DNA of 64,000 bases from Octopus bimaculoides (lineage: Eukaryota), in contig NC_068991.1 in the NCBI RefSeq assembly GCF_001194135.2, positions 35,075,690 to 35,139,689 of the forward strand, read 5' to 3'. The translations under genes and the position numbers were made by a program. The first letter of the stretch is position 1; each line of letters starts with the position of its first letter. Below, one piece after another: positions 12,325 through 62,079 of the stretch. Under the pieces are notes generated by a model. That model had not been told where the DNA came from, did no database searches, and saw nothing but the letters and a program-made list of their open reading frames with translations.

Positions 12325-13785
12325 CTGTAAAAACCCATGTAATTTGCGCACCTGTATAATTTACGCAGGTGATTTTCAGGATAAAAATTGTTACAAAAAG
12401 CTTTTACTAGTGTAAAATTTGCACCCAAAATTTTTCAGAATTGCCAATATGGCCAGGGGAAAAAGGTTTTCAATTTAGTTGTATTTAGCATAATTTCACT
12501 TACTTATGATTAGATTTTATGAAATTTTCATTAAATAAAAATAATTTAAAAGGTATCACATTGAAAGCTATTAAATTATGAAGTGTTTGTGTTATTTATA
12601 ATAAACTTTATTTTACATTTCTTGCCCACAAGAGGTTATGTCCGATCTTTAGCATACTTCTGTATGTCTTCTCAAATCACAATCACAGGAAAAGTTTTTG
12701 ATAATTCTTATCAACAAAAACAAAGCTGATAAATACACACAAGTATTGCAAAATAAGTTGAATTACCAATAAACACCAGCTTGGATGACACTTTACTCAA
12801 CCGACAGAAGAATGTGACTGATCAAACTGATTATGTAAAAAGAATTCTGATTGGTCGAAAGCGTCTTCTTGTCTCAAGCTCTGATCTTCTGCCTATTCTT
12901 ATCAGAGCCTTTGATACAGAGTATTGCAATTTTAATCCCTTTCACACTTACAAAATGTCAAGCAAACTTAAAAATTTATCATTACTGTTTTAGCTGGGCG
13001 ACCAAATTGATAGTTTGTTAACCTGCTAAAATAAACATTAAAAATCAAAAGGAGAAAATAAACAGTTTTGCAACTTTAACTCAGTTTTTACTGAATAAGA
13101 GAGGTGCGAATTTTAAGAAGCTACTTGTCAGAATATACACATCTATGAGAAGACATAAACAAGAATAGCAAAAATCTACTACACCAAAAGAACTGCTAAT
13201 ACATACATTACAAGTGTTCTATGAAAAGAACATAAAATTGCTGCATAATTCAACATGAATGTGAAACAACATTAAACATCGTATAAGGTAAATGAAGGTT
13301 TCTGTAGTGATGCTGAGTCATATTCACTTAGTGAGTTTACGTGCGCAAGGATGAATTATGATGTTGTTGTTGTCGACATTAGATGTAGAAAGAGCTGATA
13401 GCGGTGATATTGGTGGTGAGGAATTTCATTGTGTCATAATGTGGAGAAAGCGAACAAATGCAAGCTAGACTCTCTAAGTGGAGAAAAACTGATCAATTGA
13501 AGGAAATTGCTGGGCTCCATAGCGATAGGTAGCAACTCCAATCAATGTAAAATATGGCCCGGACCGTGATTATCAGCATGACCGTCAAACTTCAAAAAGT
13601 TTGTAAAAACCTATTCTGACATTAAATGAGTTAACTTCTTGTATGTCATTTTTCAACAAAAGAAATTTCTAAAAAAATTCTGGAAACGATCTATTGATGT
13701 AATTTACGCACCCCCATCCCACTAAAATTCATTTTTATTTTTGTTTTTGTGAAAAAATGTGCATAAATTACATGGGTTTCTATGA
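12325..13785. mobile_element. Non-autonomous pogo/Tigger-like TIR element
   Basis: TA|CTGTAAAAACCCATGTAATTTGCGCAC versus GTGCATAAATTACATGGGTTTCTATGA|TA, with the subterminal tgtaatttacgca motif repeated. No transposase ORF seen. Confidence 0.65.
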
Positions 13786-15557
13786 TAATTCCAATATTAA
13801 TATTTGTATCTTTAAAAGGCATCTGTAAGCGTAACTGAAAATATGAGACTGAACAGGGTAGGAGCAAGGACATAAGCCTATTTCACTTTATTGGAGAGAG
13901 AGAATGGTTTTGATATCTTTGTTGCTTTGAAATCTGACCAGTATACCATCGTGTATCTATTGTGATGAATTTTTGGGGGGGATATCCACACTTTGCCATG
14001 ATTCTTCAACATCTTTCTGTTGCCTGCAAATGAAAAGTAGGGTATTATATGATGTTTGCCACAAGTCTTATGGTATTCTTTGTGCTTGTTAAAATGAATG
14101 AAGGTTGTATCCTTGAAATCCTGAAGAACAATCACTTTCTTATAGTCTTATATAATCTCATTCTTGCTTTCACATTCTTATAGTTGTCAAGCAGAGAACT
14201 ATTTGTCAATTTAGAACTATTTTGTCAATTTGCCCACACCCAAAACTCTTTAAGACCTGAGCACAAGATATCTAAGTGACAACTAAAATGCGTAAGAAAT
14301 ACTTGTTAATAGACAATCATGAGATATTCTTGTTTAGTTTTCTAGTTTTGGTCATTGACTAGTGGTCACACAAAGGGAGTGCTTTCAAAAGTTGGGTAAA
14401 TCAATTTACTTTTATTTTTATCGAAAAACGAGTTTAGTTTCAGGACTTCTTACTTACAAGAAAACTTTGGACTGAATTGACAAGTAGTTGGCAACTATAA
14501 GATTGTGGAGGCAAGCTAGTTGTGGTCAAAAAGGAGAATTTGAGATGGTCTTTGTTGTTAGAGCAAAATGAAAGCAGACAGCAAATGTGGTTTTTATTTG
14601 CAACTGTGCTGCATGTAAAGTTACCTTACTTGAAGCGAGTGGTAGATAGTGGAGGTTCACAAAGTTAGTTAGAGATCCTTTTGTCAAAATCAGAAAACCA
14701 AGCTGGAATTTGGAATGAATTTGCAGAGTAAGCAGGCAGTGTAGGTATCTTTTACTTGCCTGGCAGTCATTTTACCTCTTGGTATGAATGTTGGATATTT
14801 AATAATTCAGGAGGCTGAAAGTTTAATTGACCTGTGCAAGATTTGACCACTGAGCTGCAACTAGCTGTCGAAAGGTATTTTATCCAACACTCTGCTACCT
14901 CCCACCTTCATCCACATATAATAATGAGTAATGTGTATTCATTCGCTATTGCAGTAAGAAATTGATATAAAAGTAGAAGACTATGAGACACTGTAAATTT
15001 TTCAATGTTTTCCAAATAACAATATTTTTGTAAAATTAGTATAATCTTTAATTACATTTCCATAAACCATTCAGTGTACCAGTAAAAAAAATGTTATTGG
15101 TAAAACTGCTGTCATCTGTGTCATCATATATCATTGTGTCCTATTTTTGATTGGTGGCTATTGGCCTTCACCTGGCTGTGAAAAGTTTTTTAATTTTTAA
15201 TATCTTGAGTCTGAAGATGAATAATGTTTTAGCATTTATCACTTTGGAAATAATAAAGCCAGTTTTGATAGGTTAACATATATTTAAAAAATAGCAACTT
15301 TCAAACTTTCTTGGTTATTATAATATTTAAACGACTGAAATTATCTCTCACTCCATTTTCATCTCTTTCTCCCTCTTCCTTTCCCCCACTTTCTTTTTAC
15401 ACATATTTGCAACAAAACTGAAAATATGTTAAAAATGTGAAGAATTTCCCTCTCATGAAACTAACAGCATGATACATCTTTTGGTTTGTATTTTTAATAT
15501 AGTGACTTAGTGGTGTACATAATCAATACTTGCATGCAAGAAAAAATGTCTATTGTA

Positions 15558-16753
15558 TGAAGGTTGGCTGAAAAGTTCATAAGCTGACCAAGATACTCTC
15601 ATGGAATGTAACCAAATGAGGTTTATTTTTCAATATAGTCCCTGTTGCAGTCCACACTCTTCTTCCATTGATGTTACAGCACTTGGATCCTGTTGGTGGA
15701 AAAGTTTTCATCCTGTTGGTCAAAAATGTCATTAACAGCAGATATGATGTCATCATCACTGCAATACTGGTTCCCAGCCAAGTGTTTTTTTCATGTTGGG
15801 GAACAGATGGTAGTCAGATGGGGCCAAATCAGGAGAATAGGGTGAGTGATGAACCAGATCAAAACCACAGTCGTGCACAGCAGCTATTGAAAACAAGGAC
15901 TTGTGTGCTGGAGCCTTGTCCTGTTGAAACAAGACACCTCTCATTGGATTTTTGGGGTATTTTGTCATTGACAGTCTTTCATAACTGCAAGTCAGCATAA
16001 TACTGCCCATTGATGGTATGGTCCTCTTGAAGATAGTCAATAAACACAATGCTTTTTGCATCCCAAAAAACTGAGGCCATCACTTTCCCTGAAGTTCAAA
16101 CAACCATGGCCCTCTTTGGAGCAAGTGAAGAGGGTTGTTTCCACTGCATAACTTGTCACTTTGTCTCTAGTTCAAAGTGATGAATCCAACACTTATTGTG
16201 GGTTAGGAAATCTTTAAGGAAACCAGCTGGACCTGCTTCAAACAATGTCAGATTCATTGTACAGAATATTCTCAACTCTCTTACGGGATATACTAATAGT
16301 ATTGGTTGTTTTATTTATAGTCAGTTGCTTGTCATCCACCCCTATGTATTGAATGTGGTCAATGTTTTCCTTGGTGGTAGCAGTTGCAGGATGTCCATCT
16401 TCATCTTCATGATTCTCCTTTTCCCTCCTAAATTCAGCTGCCCATTTTTACACTGTTGATAAAGCTGGAGCATCATCCTCTAACATAGCAACCATTTCAG
16501 CATGAATGTCGTTGTGCGGTGGGTTATACCCTTTTTCTGCAGGTATTTGGTAAGACCATGATGCAAAATTTTGTCCATTTTTTAAAGAAAAGTTGCTACA
16601 ACATACTTTTGAAATCTTCTTTGAATAATCAGATATCAGTTTAACTAGAAAGAAACGATGTAATAAGAAGAGTTGAAATTAATGCATGTAAGATTTCACG
16701 GCTCTAGCATCACTCCTTCTTAGTCATCCTATGAACTTTTCAGCCCATCCTTG
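15558..16753 (-). mobile_element. Decayed mariner (DD34D) transposon
   Basis: TIRs tgaaggttggctgaaaagttcataagctgac / gtcatcctatgaacttttcagcccatccttg. Minus ORF reads FQQDKAPAH...HHSPYSPDLAPSDYHLFPNMKK; WIHHF.LETK near 16190. Confidence 0.9.
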
Positions 16754-17143
16754 TCACACAATGAAGTAGTTAAGTTGGGTTAAGGTATGGAACTTATAAT
16801 TATGTAGATATGATTTCAAACCTTTCAATAACTATTATGTTATTCCTCTGACCAAGATATGTAACACTGTGTACTACAATCTACTAAGTTAAGAAACAGG
16901 CTCTTTCTTACTTTGCAGTAAAATTGCAAGTAGAGAAATCTGTTAATGACTTTCCAAATTACATTAGTAAAAATGTCTTCAACCAGGAATAAAGTTAGAT
17001 TCCATTTGTTTGCAAGCTTCCAAGAATTCTGTGCCATTGTATAGTTTCAGGGAAAAGAATGGATAAGGTAATAACCTATGTAATGGTACTTAGTACATCT
17101 TCAAAATAATACTAAATCTCAATAGAAGTCGCTATGTATCTAA

Positions 17144-54516
<37,373 letters not shown>

Positions 54517-55348
54517 GTACAATTACATAAGTAATCTGCATGTTTTAATATCAAATATTTTTTCTATATTCATCAGTGGTTTTTGAAATTTCAGCATGTT
54601 ACTTGGACTTATTCTTTACTACTCATTATATATATGTTCTCATTAACTACATTCTAAAAGCAGACTAGAATTTAACTTTTAAATAATATAGTAGCTGGAT
54701 TGGGAGAATTGGTAGATTACAGATGTAGGTCACCAAATCTTTTGTTTTGCAGTATTTAGCTATGTTTGTTGACATTCTGAGTTTATGTTAAATAAGTACT
54801 GCTGTTAATTTTAATCAGTTGTTCCTCCTCTAGCTAAGCAGGCCACAAACAAATTTGAGTTTAATCAGTGCAGTGGTTGCATTTCAGTCAAACCTTTGGC
54901 ACAATTTTATTTTGAAACTAGAGTAACTACGAAAATGACTGGTATTTAGTTAATTTATTAACATTTTGAGTTTAAATCCCTTGAGGGTGAACTTCACTTT
55001 TCATTCTTTAGGTGTCAATAAAACAAGCCCCCCCCCCCCTGAAATATTGGGGTCAATACAATTAACTATTTCCCATTCCTCAAAAATTGGTTTTGTCTTC
55101 TCAAAAGAAAACAATATTTGATTATTTTTACTTAAGCAAATCACAACTAGTCATTAATGTTCTGTTGATTTTAGGTGGAATAGTAGTGATGTTCATAGCT
55201 TTAACTACATTTTTATTGACATGAGTGAAGTAGTTATAAAAACATTTTTTATCATTTTGTCAGCTCAGTTTGTTAACAACTTTCTTTCCACTCTACCAGT
55301 GATTTTAGATTGATAAATTAGAATTTAGAAATATTTCAGTTGGTACTG

Positions 55349-56030
55349 TTATTATTATTCAGGCACTGCCTGGAATCGAACTTGGAATCTTGGGGTTAGT
55401 AACCTGTGCTCTTAACCACTACACCATATGCCCGTGGGCAATTATGGAGTGAATTTTAGGGCTTATAAATCTAATATTTTCCTATCCTTCCTTAAAACTG
55501 GTTCCCATATGCTGCTCATATCTGCACTCGGTCTGCTTAGGAGGTTGTTGTGTCCTAGCATATATGCTGTTTCTTTTAGTTTTCCTATTTTCCAGTGGCG
55601 TTCTCTGTCTATTATTTTAACTTCATTCCACAGGGGAAGGTAGTCTCTGTTTCTCCATACATGATCAGCTATACCCAATTTATCAACAGGAGATATTGAT
55701 AAATTGGATATACCTGATTATGTGTGGAAAAATGGAAACCACCTCCCCCTATGGGATGAAGTTAAAATAATAGATATAGAACACCACTGGAAAATACAAA
55801 AACTAAAAGAGGCAGCATATATGCTAGGACATAATAGCCTCCTAAGCAGACCGAGTGCAGATATGAGCAGCATATGAGAACCGGTATTAAGGAAGGATAG
55901 GAAAATATTAGATTTATAACCCCTAAAATTCACTCCATAATTGCCCACGAGCATATAGCATAGTGGTTAAGAGCACGGGCTATTAACCCCAAGATTCCGA
56001 GTTTGATTCCAGTGACCTGAATAATAATAA
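55349..56030. repeat. Inverted dimer (about 335-bp arms, 9-nt loop) of a GIY-YIG C-terminal fragment plus tRNA-like unit
   Basis: Centre atacccaatttatcaa-caggagata-ttgataaattggatat. Arms encode GIADHVWRN..LPLWNEVKIIDRERHWKI.KLKE.A.ML and carry GGGCATATGGTGTAGTGG...GTTCGATTCC. Confidence 0.88.
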
Positions 56031-56039
56031 TAATAATGT

Positions 56040-56175
56040 CAGAAAAATACCTTAGGAATGAGAACTCGGGTTCGAAATTCCCCCAGGACACCTGATGAAG
56101 GCTGGAGAGTACATCAGCCAAAATGTATTAACAACAAACAAGATGAGGACAAATATCTGTCAAATGTAAATAATG
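56040..56175 (+). mobile_element. PLE-type terminal segment with degenerate hammerhead
   Basis: CTGATGA (56092-98)-A-GGCTG-loop-CAGCC, then AAAAT in place of GAAAC. Confidence 0.55.
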
Positions 56176-59100
56176 TCAGTTGGCCTTCTCACCAACTTTC
56201 TTCTGAAAAATACAAACTCTGTGTGTGTATGTGTGCTACATCAAATTATAGTTTCCAAATTTTTGAGTTCTGATTTTGTTCTTCAACTTCTATTTTAATA
56301 TTGAATCTTAAGCAAAAGGACAAAACCCCACTATTATGTCCTCTGCTGTTGCTACATTTTATCAATAGAAGAAAGTTCTTGATTGTTGATTGGCATCTTA
56401 AACTACTGCTGATCAAATACTGAACAAAAACATAGGTAGTGAGTGTGATAGATATGGTTGAGCTAGTCATAAGTACTAAGATTGTGATGTGTAGATAAAT
56501 TATAAGTTCATTTTTGGAGAATAATTAGATTCTAGCTGTATTTATCTCCTCTCTTGTGAAAATTATTTGTTGATATTATTGGAATTAATGTTATGGAGTG
56601 ACTAAAGAGGTCAAAGGAAACTTGCATCAAGAAATAATTAAAAGTAAAATAGATATGTTTCTTACTCAGTTCATATATTACGGTTGGGAAGAAGAGAGAG
56701 AAAAAGACATTTTCAGGCACCTGAGTCTATAAAATAATAATGAGCTTATTGAATATATTGTATAGAATATTCAGGTGCACTACAACTCCTCTAACTTTAT
56801 TTCTTATCTAATAATTTTCTGCTTGCTCACATTTTTTTATATTTAAATTGTACTCTGTTCCATAACATGTTCATTTCTATTTCAAAATAGTTTAGATTTT
56901 TATATCATCATCATCATCATCTTGCAATAATAGATATTCTTAATTATTGGCTGAAATAGGAAATATTTGATTAAATCGGTCACATTTTCAATATGCTTTC
57001 ATTTTCTCTTTTCTAAATTTTAAAATGATTCCATTGTGATATTTTGTTATTTGTTAATTTTGTTTTTTTCCCCCCTATCTCTTAGGTTTAGCTATAGTAC
57101 TTTTTATGTGAAAATCATGATTTACCAGAAAGAACATTGACAGTTTAGACCTTATATCAGTATATTAAATGTACTATAGATCTACTGCTACTGCTGCGGC
57201 TCCAGTTACTCCTTTACCCTCCACTGAATAAGATAATTTTCTGGTGCATTTTTTTTTCTCTTCAAAATTGTCCTACCTACTTCCTTTGTAGTATGAACCT
57301 AATCATAGACGGGATACAGATAATGTGAGTACAAAACTCTGAGAGCCCATTGCAACTTTGTAATAACTATGCTTGTAATAACTATGCGTCTCATCTGGTT
57401 GCTCAACTACTAAACTATGTTACTGTTTTTAAACTTAATCTCTTTATCATATTTTCTTTTTACTCCTTATACTCCTAAATGATCATGGCATTGAGAAGAT
57501 CTTTTGTTTTTGAAGAGATCTCAGACTCTTTAACTTGCATGATAGCATGGGCTCTTTTTTTCTTTTCTTTTTATTAGACCGGTCTTCATATAACATGAAA
57601 TATTAAAAATATGAAGTTCAAAAAATAATTCTTAAGATAGATTTTGAATGCCAGCCTTATACAAGGGTCCTTAGATTTATAGTTTTAGTACATTAATGAA
57701 AAGATGAGTTAACTAAACTAGTTTTAGGATTTTTTTTTATCTATTTAAACCAGATCTCTAGTATTAGAAATATCAAATACAGTGCTTTATTCCAGAGTTT
57801 TAAAATTTATTGTATGGTTTTGCCTAGTATACAAAAGTACAGAGCCTTTCATAAATATTACATGCTATTTAGTAAAACATAAAAATTACTGTAAGTTTAA
57901 GATGCTCTATGATAGATACTTGGTTAGATGTTCATGTCTTACTCGATTGTACTCTTTTTTTTTTTATCTATAGCTGAGTAGTTATTTTATAGAACTGGAA
58001 TATGTTGTTCTATTTGCAAATGTTTCGCTTAGTAAAATCCATCCATCCCATGCTAACATGCAGAAAATAGATGTAAAATATAAGAGAATATTGTTACTTC
58101 CTTGAGTCTGAAAGATGGGGCAGAGCCTGTGAACTTTGCAACTCTTCCAAAACTAATAAGATTGATACCATTAACATTTCATTTAAATAGTTACAGATTA
58201 ACACCTGCAAAAAGGAGATTCCAGAGGGATGATGTTCTGGGGATAAAGGATTAGGTATAATGGTTAGTACAAAGAAAGGAAAGTTGCACACATCAAGGGT
58301 GACAAGTGGAACAGGGGCATCTGAATGGTGAAGGTATGAAACAACCATCTCCAAATAACTGAAACTATTATAGTAGCAATGGAAAAGACAGAGGAAATCA
58401 GTAACCCAATGAAAAATAGACCTCACAAACAGCATCTAAAGCTTAGATGGTATCTTCCCTCATTAGAAAAGTAAAATTTTTAAAATCTAAATTATTAATT
58501 TTACTTCTTTTTACAAAAAGACACCAGAAACTTGTATTGAATCAGTATTAACAATTCTGTCACTGGTCTAATTAACATGCAGTTATATACTGATTTAAAT
58601 TAACATAGGGTTTCATCTGAATGGTTGCATTTCTTTTTGAGTTGCTATGCATGTGTCAATGTTTCTGATGTAGCTATTCAAATTTATGTTATAATGAATA
58701 TTGGGATCATAAACTTACAATGCTCATCCAAAACAACCATATATATAAATGAAAAGCCTTAACTCAACATCATTTAGAACAGAAATCAGAAGAGAACTCT
58801 ATACAAGTTAAAGATAACAGAAAGTTGCAAAGCACAATGTTCGATTTCACAGATTTGATGTAGCAGAGTTTCTGTGCTAAAAGATGAAATTACCACCACC
58901 ACTGTTTTGTTTTCCTTTGATGTCTTCCAAGAAGGCATGGGTTGGATGGTTACACAGGATCCAATTTGTCAGAGGACAGCATCCTGCTCCAATACCTACT
59001 TGGCTAGATGCCCTTCCTAATGCCAATAATTTTATGAAGTGCACAAGGTGCATTTTTCATGACAAGCACTACTAAAGTTGCCATGTAGTTCACATGATTA

Positions 59101-59265
59101 ACATTCCCATTGACTTGAGTGGGGATACATTAGAGAGGGATGCCACGTCATGCTAGATGATGAAAAGTTAGAGTATGAAAGAAGGGACCAAAACCAGTTT
59201 CATGCTGAAGAGGATATATAGGGCTGCCCAAATTATACACACATACACGCAAATGTGTGTATATG

Positions 59266-59310
<45 letters not shown>

Positions 59311-59513
59311 TTTATTATATGTATTTATTTTCTCTTAGTTAATTAACTTGGACAAAATAAATTGGTTAATAGATACCAGGGTAGCAAAGATCACAAAATG
59401 ACTGTGGTGTAACTCCTGTTTATGAGGTAGAAACTCCTTGTTATTTTGGGTACTTGAGTAAATATATAAATTTAGTAAATGGAGTAGAACGCATATGTTA
59501 ACTGAATACTTTT

Positions 59514-59603
59514 ATTTCCAACATATGTTTCGAAGATTACAAATTATACCTTCCATAGGAATAGGTGATGTTGATAAGAATGTAATCTTCTCTTCAGGGA
59601 AAT
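59514..59603 (-). ncRNA. Type I hammerhead ribozyme, mirror copy
   Basis: Exact reverse complement of 59730-59819. Confidence 0.8.
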
Positions 59604-59729
59604 GCATGGGAACCAGCTTAACCGTAAGACATTTTAACCGAATATGATAACTGTAGCTAGAGAAGATCTTCTCTAACTACAGTTATCATATTCGGTTAAA
59701 ATGTCTTACGGTTAAGCTGGTTCCCATGC

Positions 59730-59819
59730 ATTTCCCTGAAGAGAAGATTACATTCTTATCAACATCACCTATTCCTATGGAAGGTATAATTTGTAATCTT
59801 CGAAACATATGTTGGAAAT
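59730..59819 (+). ncRNA. Type I hammerhead ribozyme, intact core
   Basis: Stem I ATTTCC/GGAAAT; core CTGAAGA; 10-bp stem II GAAGATTACA/TGTAATCTTC; GAA; palindromic stem III ACATATGT; predicted GUU site after 59813. Confidence 0.8.
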
Positions 59820-60299
59820 AAAAGTATTCAGTTAACATATGCGTTCTACTCCATTTACTAAATTTATATATATATATATATTCATGTCTATATCTACCTC
59901 CCCACCCACCTATATTTGTATTTACATATATAGATATATACACACAGACACATATATCTATCTATCCATCCATTATTCTTAGGAAGGTCATGTTGGTAAA
60001 GTCCTCAGGCAATGCTTTTCTTCTACAGGATCCTATCAAAAGCAATCCTCATTAGATTTTCCAGATGGATTCCCAAGTATATCTATCTGTGACTATGGAT
60101 ATTATCCAACCATCTTGTCCTTGATTTTTCCCCTAGGTCTCCTGCTGGTTGGTTTGACTTGAAAAATGTGTGTGTGTGTGTGATACTGTGAGTGCAAACT
60201 ATGGACATACAAAATATGCAATAGTATCACAAGCAGGTTAACAAAACAGTAGACTTTGCACAGAAGCAATAACCACAAAAACATGGGAAATAAACTTTT

Positions 60300-60830
60300 T
60301 AAAATGCTCAGGAGAATCTCTAGAGGTAGTAGATAGCCTTCGTTACCTAGGTGATCAAATTAGCAGTGGAAGATGAGTAAAAGTATAGTCACTGGAATAG
60401 GAAAATGTTCAGTGAACTTTTTACTCTGTCGGTAAAAGGATTCTATCTGATAGTGAAAAGCAGATTGTATGATGCTTCGGTATGAACTGCAATGCTACAT
60501 GGTAATGAGACATGGGCTCTTAATGCAGAGGACTCGGAAGAACTAAAAAGAAATGCATCTAAAGTACAAATGTATTTGAAAGAAAAGATGGACATAAGAG
60601 GAATCAAACGTAGTACACAAGAGTGACAACTGTGCTGCTATGGACATGTGATGCTTAATGATGAGGACAGCTGCAATTTTTTGTGGATGGAGCTTGTGGT
60701 AGTGGGAAAGTCAAGAAGACATAGTAAAGGCTGATTTCAGGACTGAATTTGATGGAGGAAATGTCAAAGGACTGGGGTGACTGGCAATATGTTGTGCTTG
60801 AGAAAACCCACCTATCTTGCTGAAACTGAG
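60300..60830 (+). mobile_element. Degraded RTE RT C-terminal fragment
   Basis: gtagatagccttcgttacctaggtga...agattgtatgatgct...atgctacatggtaatgagacatggg, homologous to 490-700. Confidence 0.75.
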
Positions 60831-61809
60831 GTTGTGGAAGCATAATGTGTGTATACACAATTGGATTTCTCACCCAATTTGCTCATTAAGTTTGCCCTCC
60901 CTCCCAGTCACTGATCCTTCCAACAGTTGCCTAACTACAGTATTCGGCTGCTATAACTAAATGAAGGCAGAAATACATATTTACCCATTTTTTTCTGTGA
61001 TACCAGCTATCTTTCTTACTATCTAGTACCACTTCACTTGACATCCATTCTTCATATTCATAACATTGCCCCTTGCTACTCTCACATTTCACATTGATTG
61101 CTCTTCTATGCTACCAAATTATCACCTTTGCTTTGAACCATTTCCTGTTGACTTACTCCTATCACCATACATCTCACATTCTCTCTATCTCTCCACACAC
61201 ACTTTTGAAACCTACCTATCCACTCATCCTCTCCTTTTCTCTCATATTTCTTTACTATATTATTATTACTGTTCTGCTGCTCTTCATCTTTTTCTGTACT
61301 GCCAGTCATCACTGACTCTCCTCTTCCTTTCCTCCAACTCTTATATCATTGATCACTTTTCTACCTTTAACCCTACCCAATCTCTACAGTCAACACCTAC
61401 TCTTCTCTTCAACTTAAATTAATCTTTGTTCTTCATTCATTATATTCATTATATTCTTCATTCATTATATACTGTTCACTCTCGCAGTATCTACCCACCC
61501 ACCCTTCTTGTTCTGTCTCTATTAACTTCTACTCATCTCCTTGAACCTTGAGGGATCATCCCACCCGACACTTTGTCACAACCATCTTATTTCACTTTCC
61601 AGCATCACTCTAATTACTCCTACCTGTTCTTGTATGTTAGTAGCTGTGTATCTCTGTAGCAAGAAACCTGTTCCAGACCCTGCTTTTATACTTTAATTTC
61701 TTATTACCAAGCATAAAGCCATCTTCATTTTTACTGTAGTCCTATTCTGTCCAAGGAAAACCTGGTTTTCCCTAGTTACATGGCAGCCTTAATAATTTAT
61801 CATGATCGG

Positions 61810-61990
61810 TACTGTGGTAAAAGCACCCAGTACCTTCTGTAAAATGGCTGGTGTTAGAAAGGGCCTCCAGTTATAAAAACCACACAAAACTAGACATCTG
61901 AGCATGATGCTGTCCTGCAGTCCATTGGATCTTCTCAAACTCTCCAACCCATACCAACCTGGAAGAAAAACTTTAAAAGATGATTATGAT
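61810..61990 (+). mobile_element. Degenerate RTE-tail short element
   Basis: gtaaaagcacccagtac...tgttagaaagggc...ccaacccataccaacctggaa...gatgattatgat. Confidence 0.65.
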
Positions 61991-62045
61991 GTATATCAAC
62001 AATGTATATAGCTATGTATTTGTATATAAACTACATACATATATA

Positions 62046-62079
<34 letters not shown>

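Larger units (their letters stand above)
59462..59871. repeat. 410-bp spacerless palindrome (205-bp arms, 1 mismatch)
   Basis: Symmetry axis agagaaga|tcttctct at 59666/59667; only 59657/59676 mismatch found by eye. Confidence 0.95.

Noticed and set aside
12818-12866. Possible hammerhead CTGATCA...ttggtcGAAAgcgtc
   Set aside because: C8 lacks a compensatory G3, stem II is weak and there is no convincing stem I.
14196-14232. Short tandem duplications (also about 57355-57388)
   Set aside because: Ordinary slippage of 15-18 bp.
55362-55435. tRNA gene candidate (and mirror at about 55945-56015)
   Set aside because: Acceptor stem is imperfect, the two copies differ in the anticodon (ACT/ATT), and both are embedded in a repeat. 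Treated as tRNA-derived.
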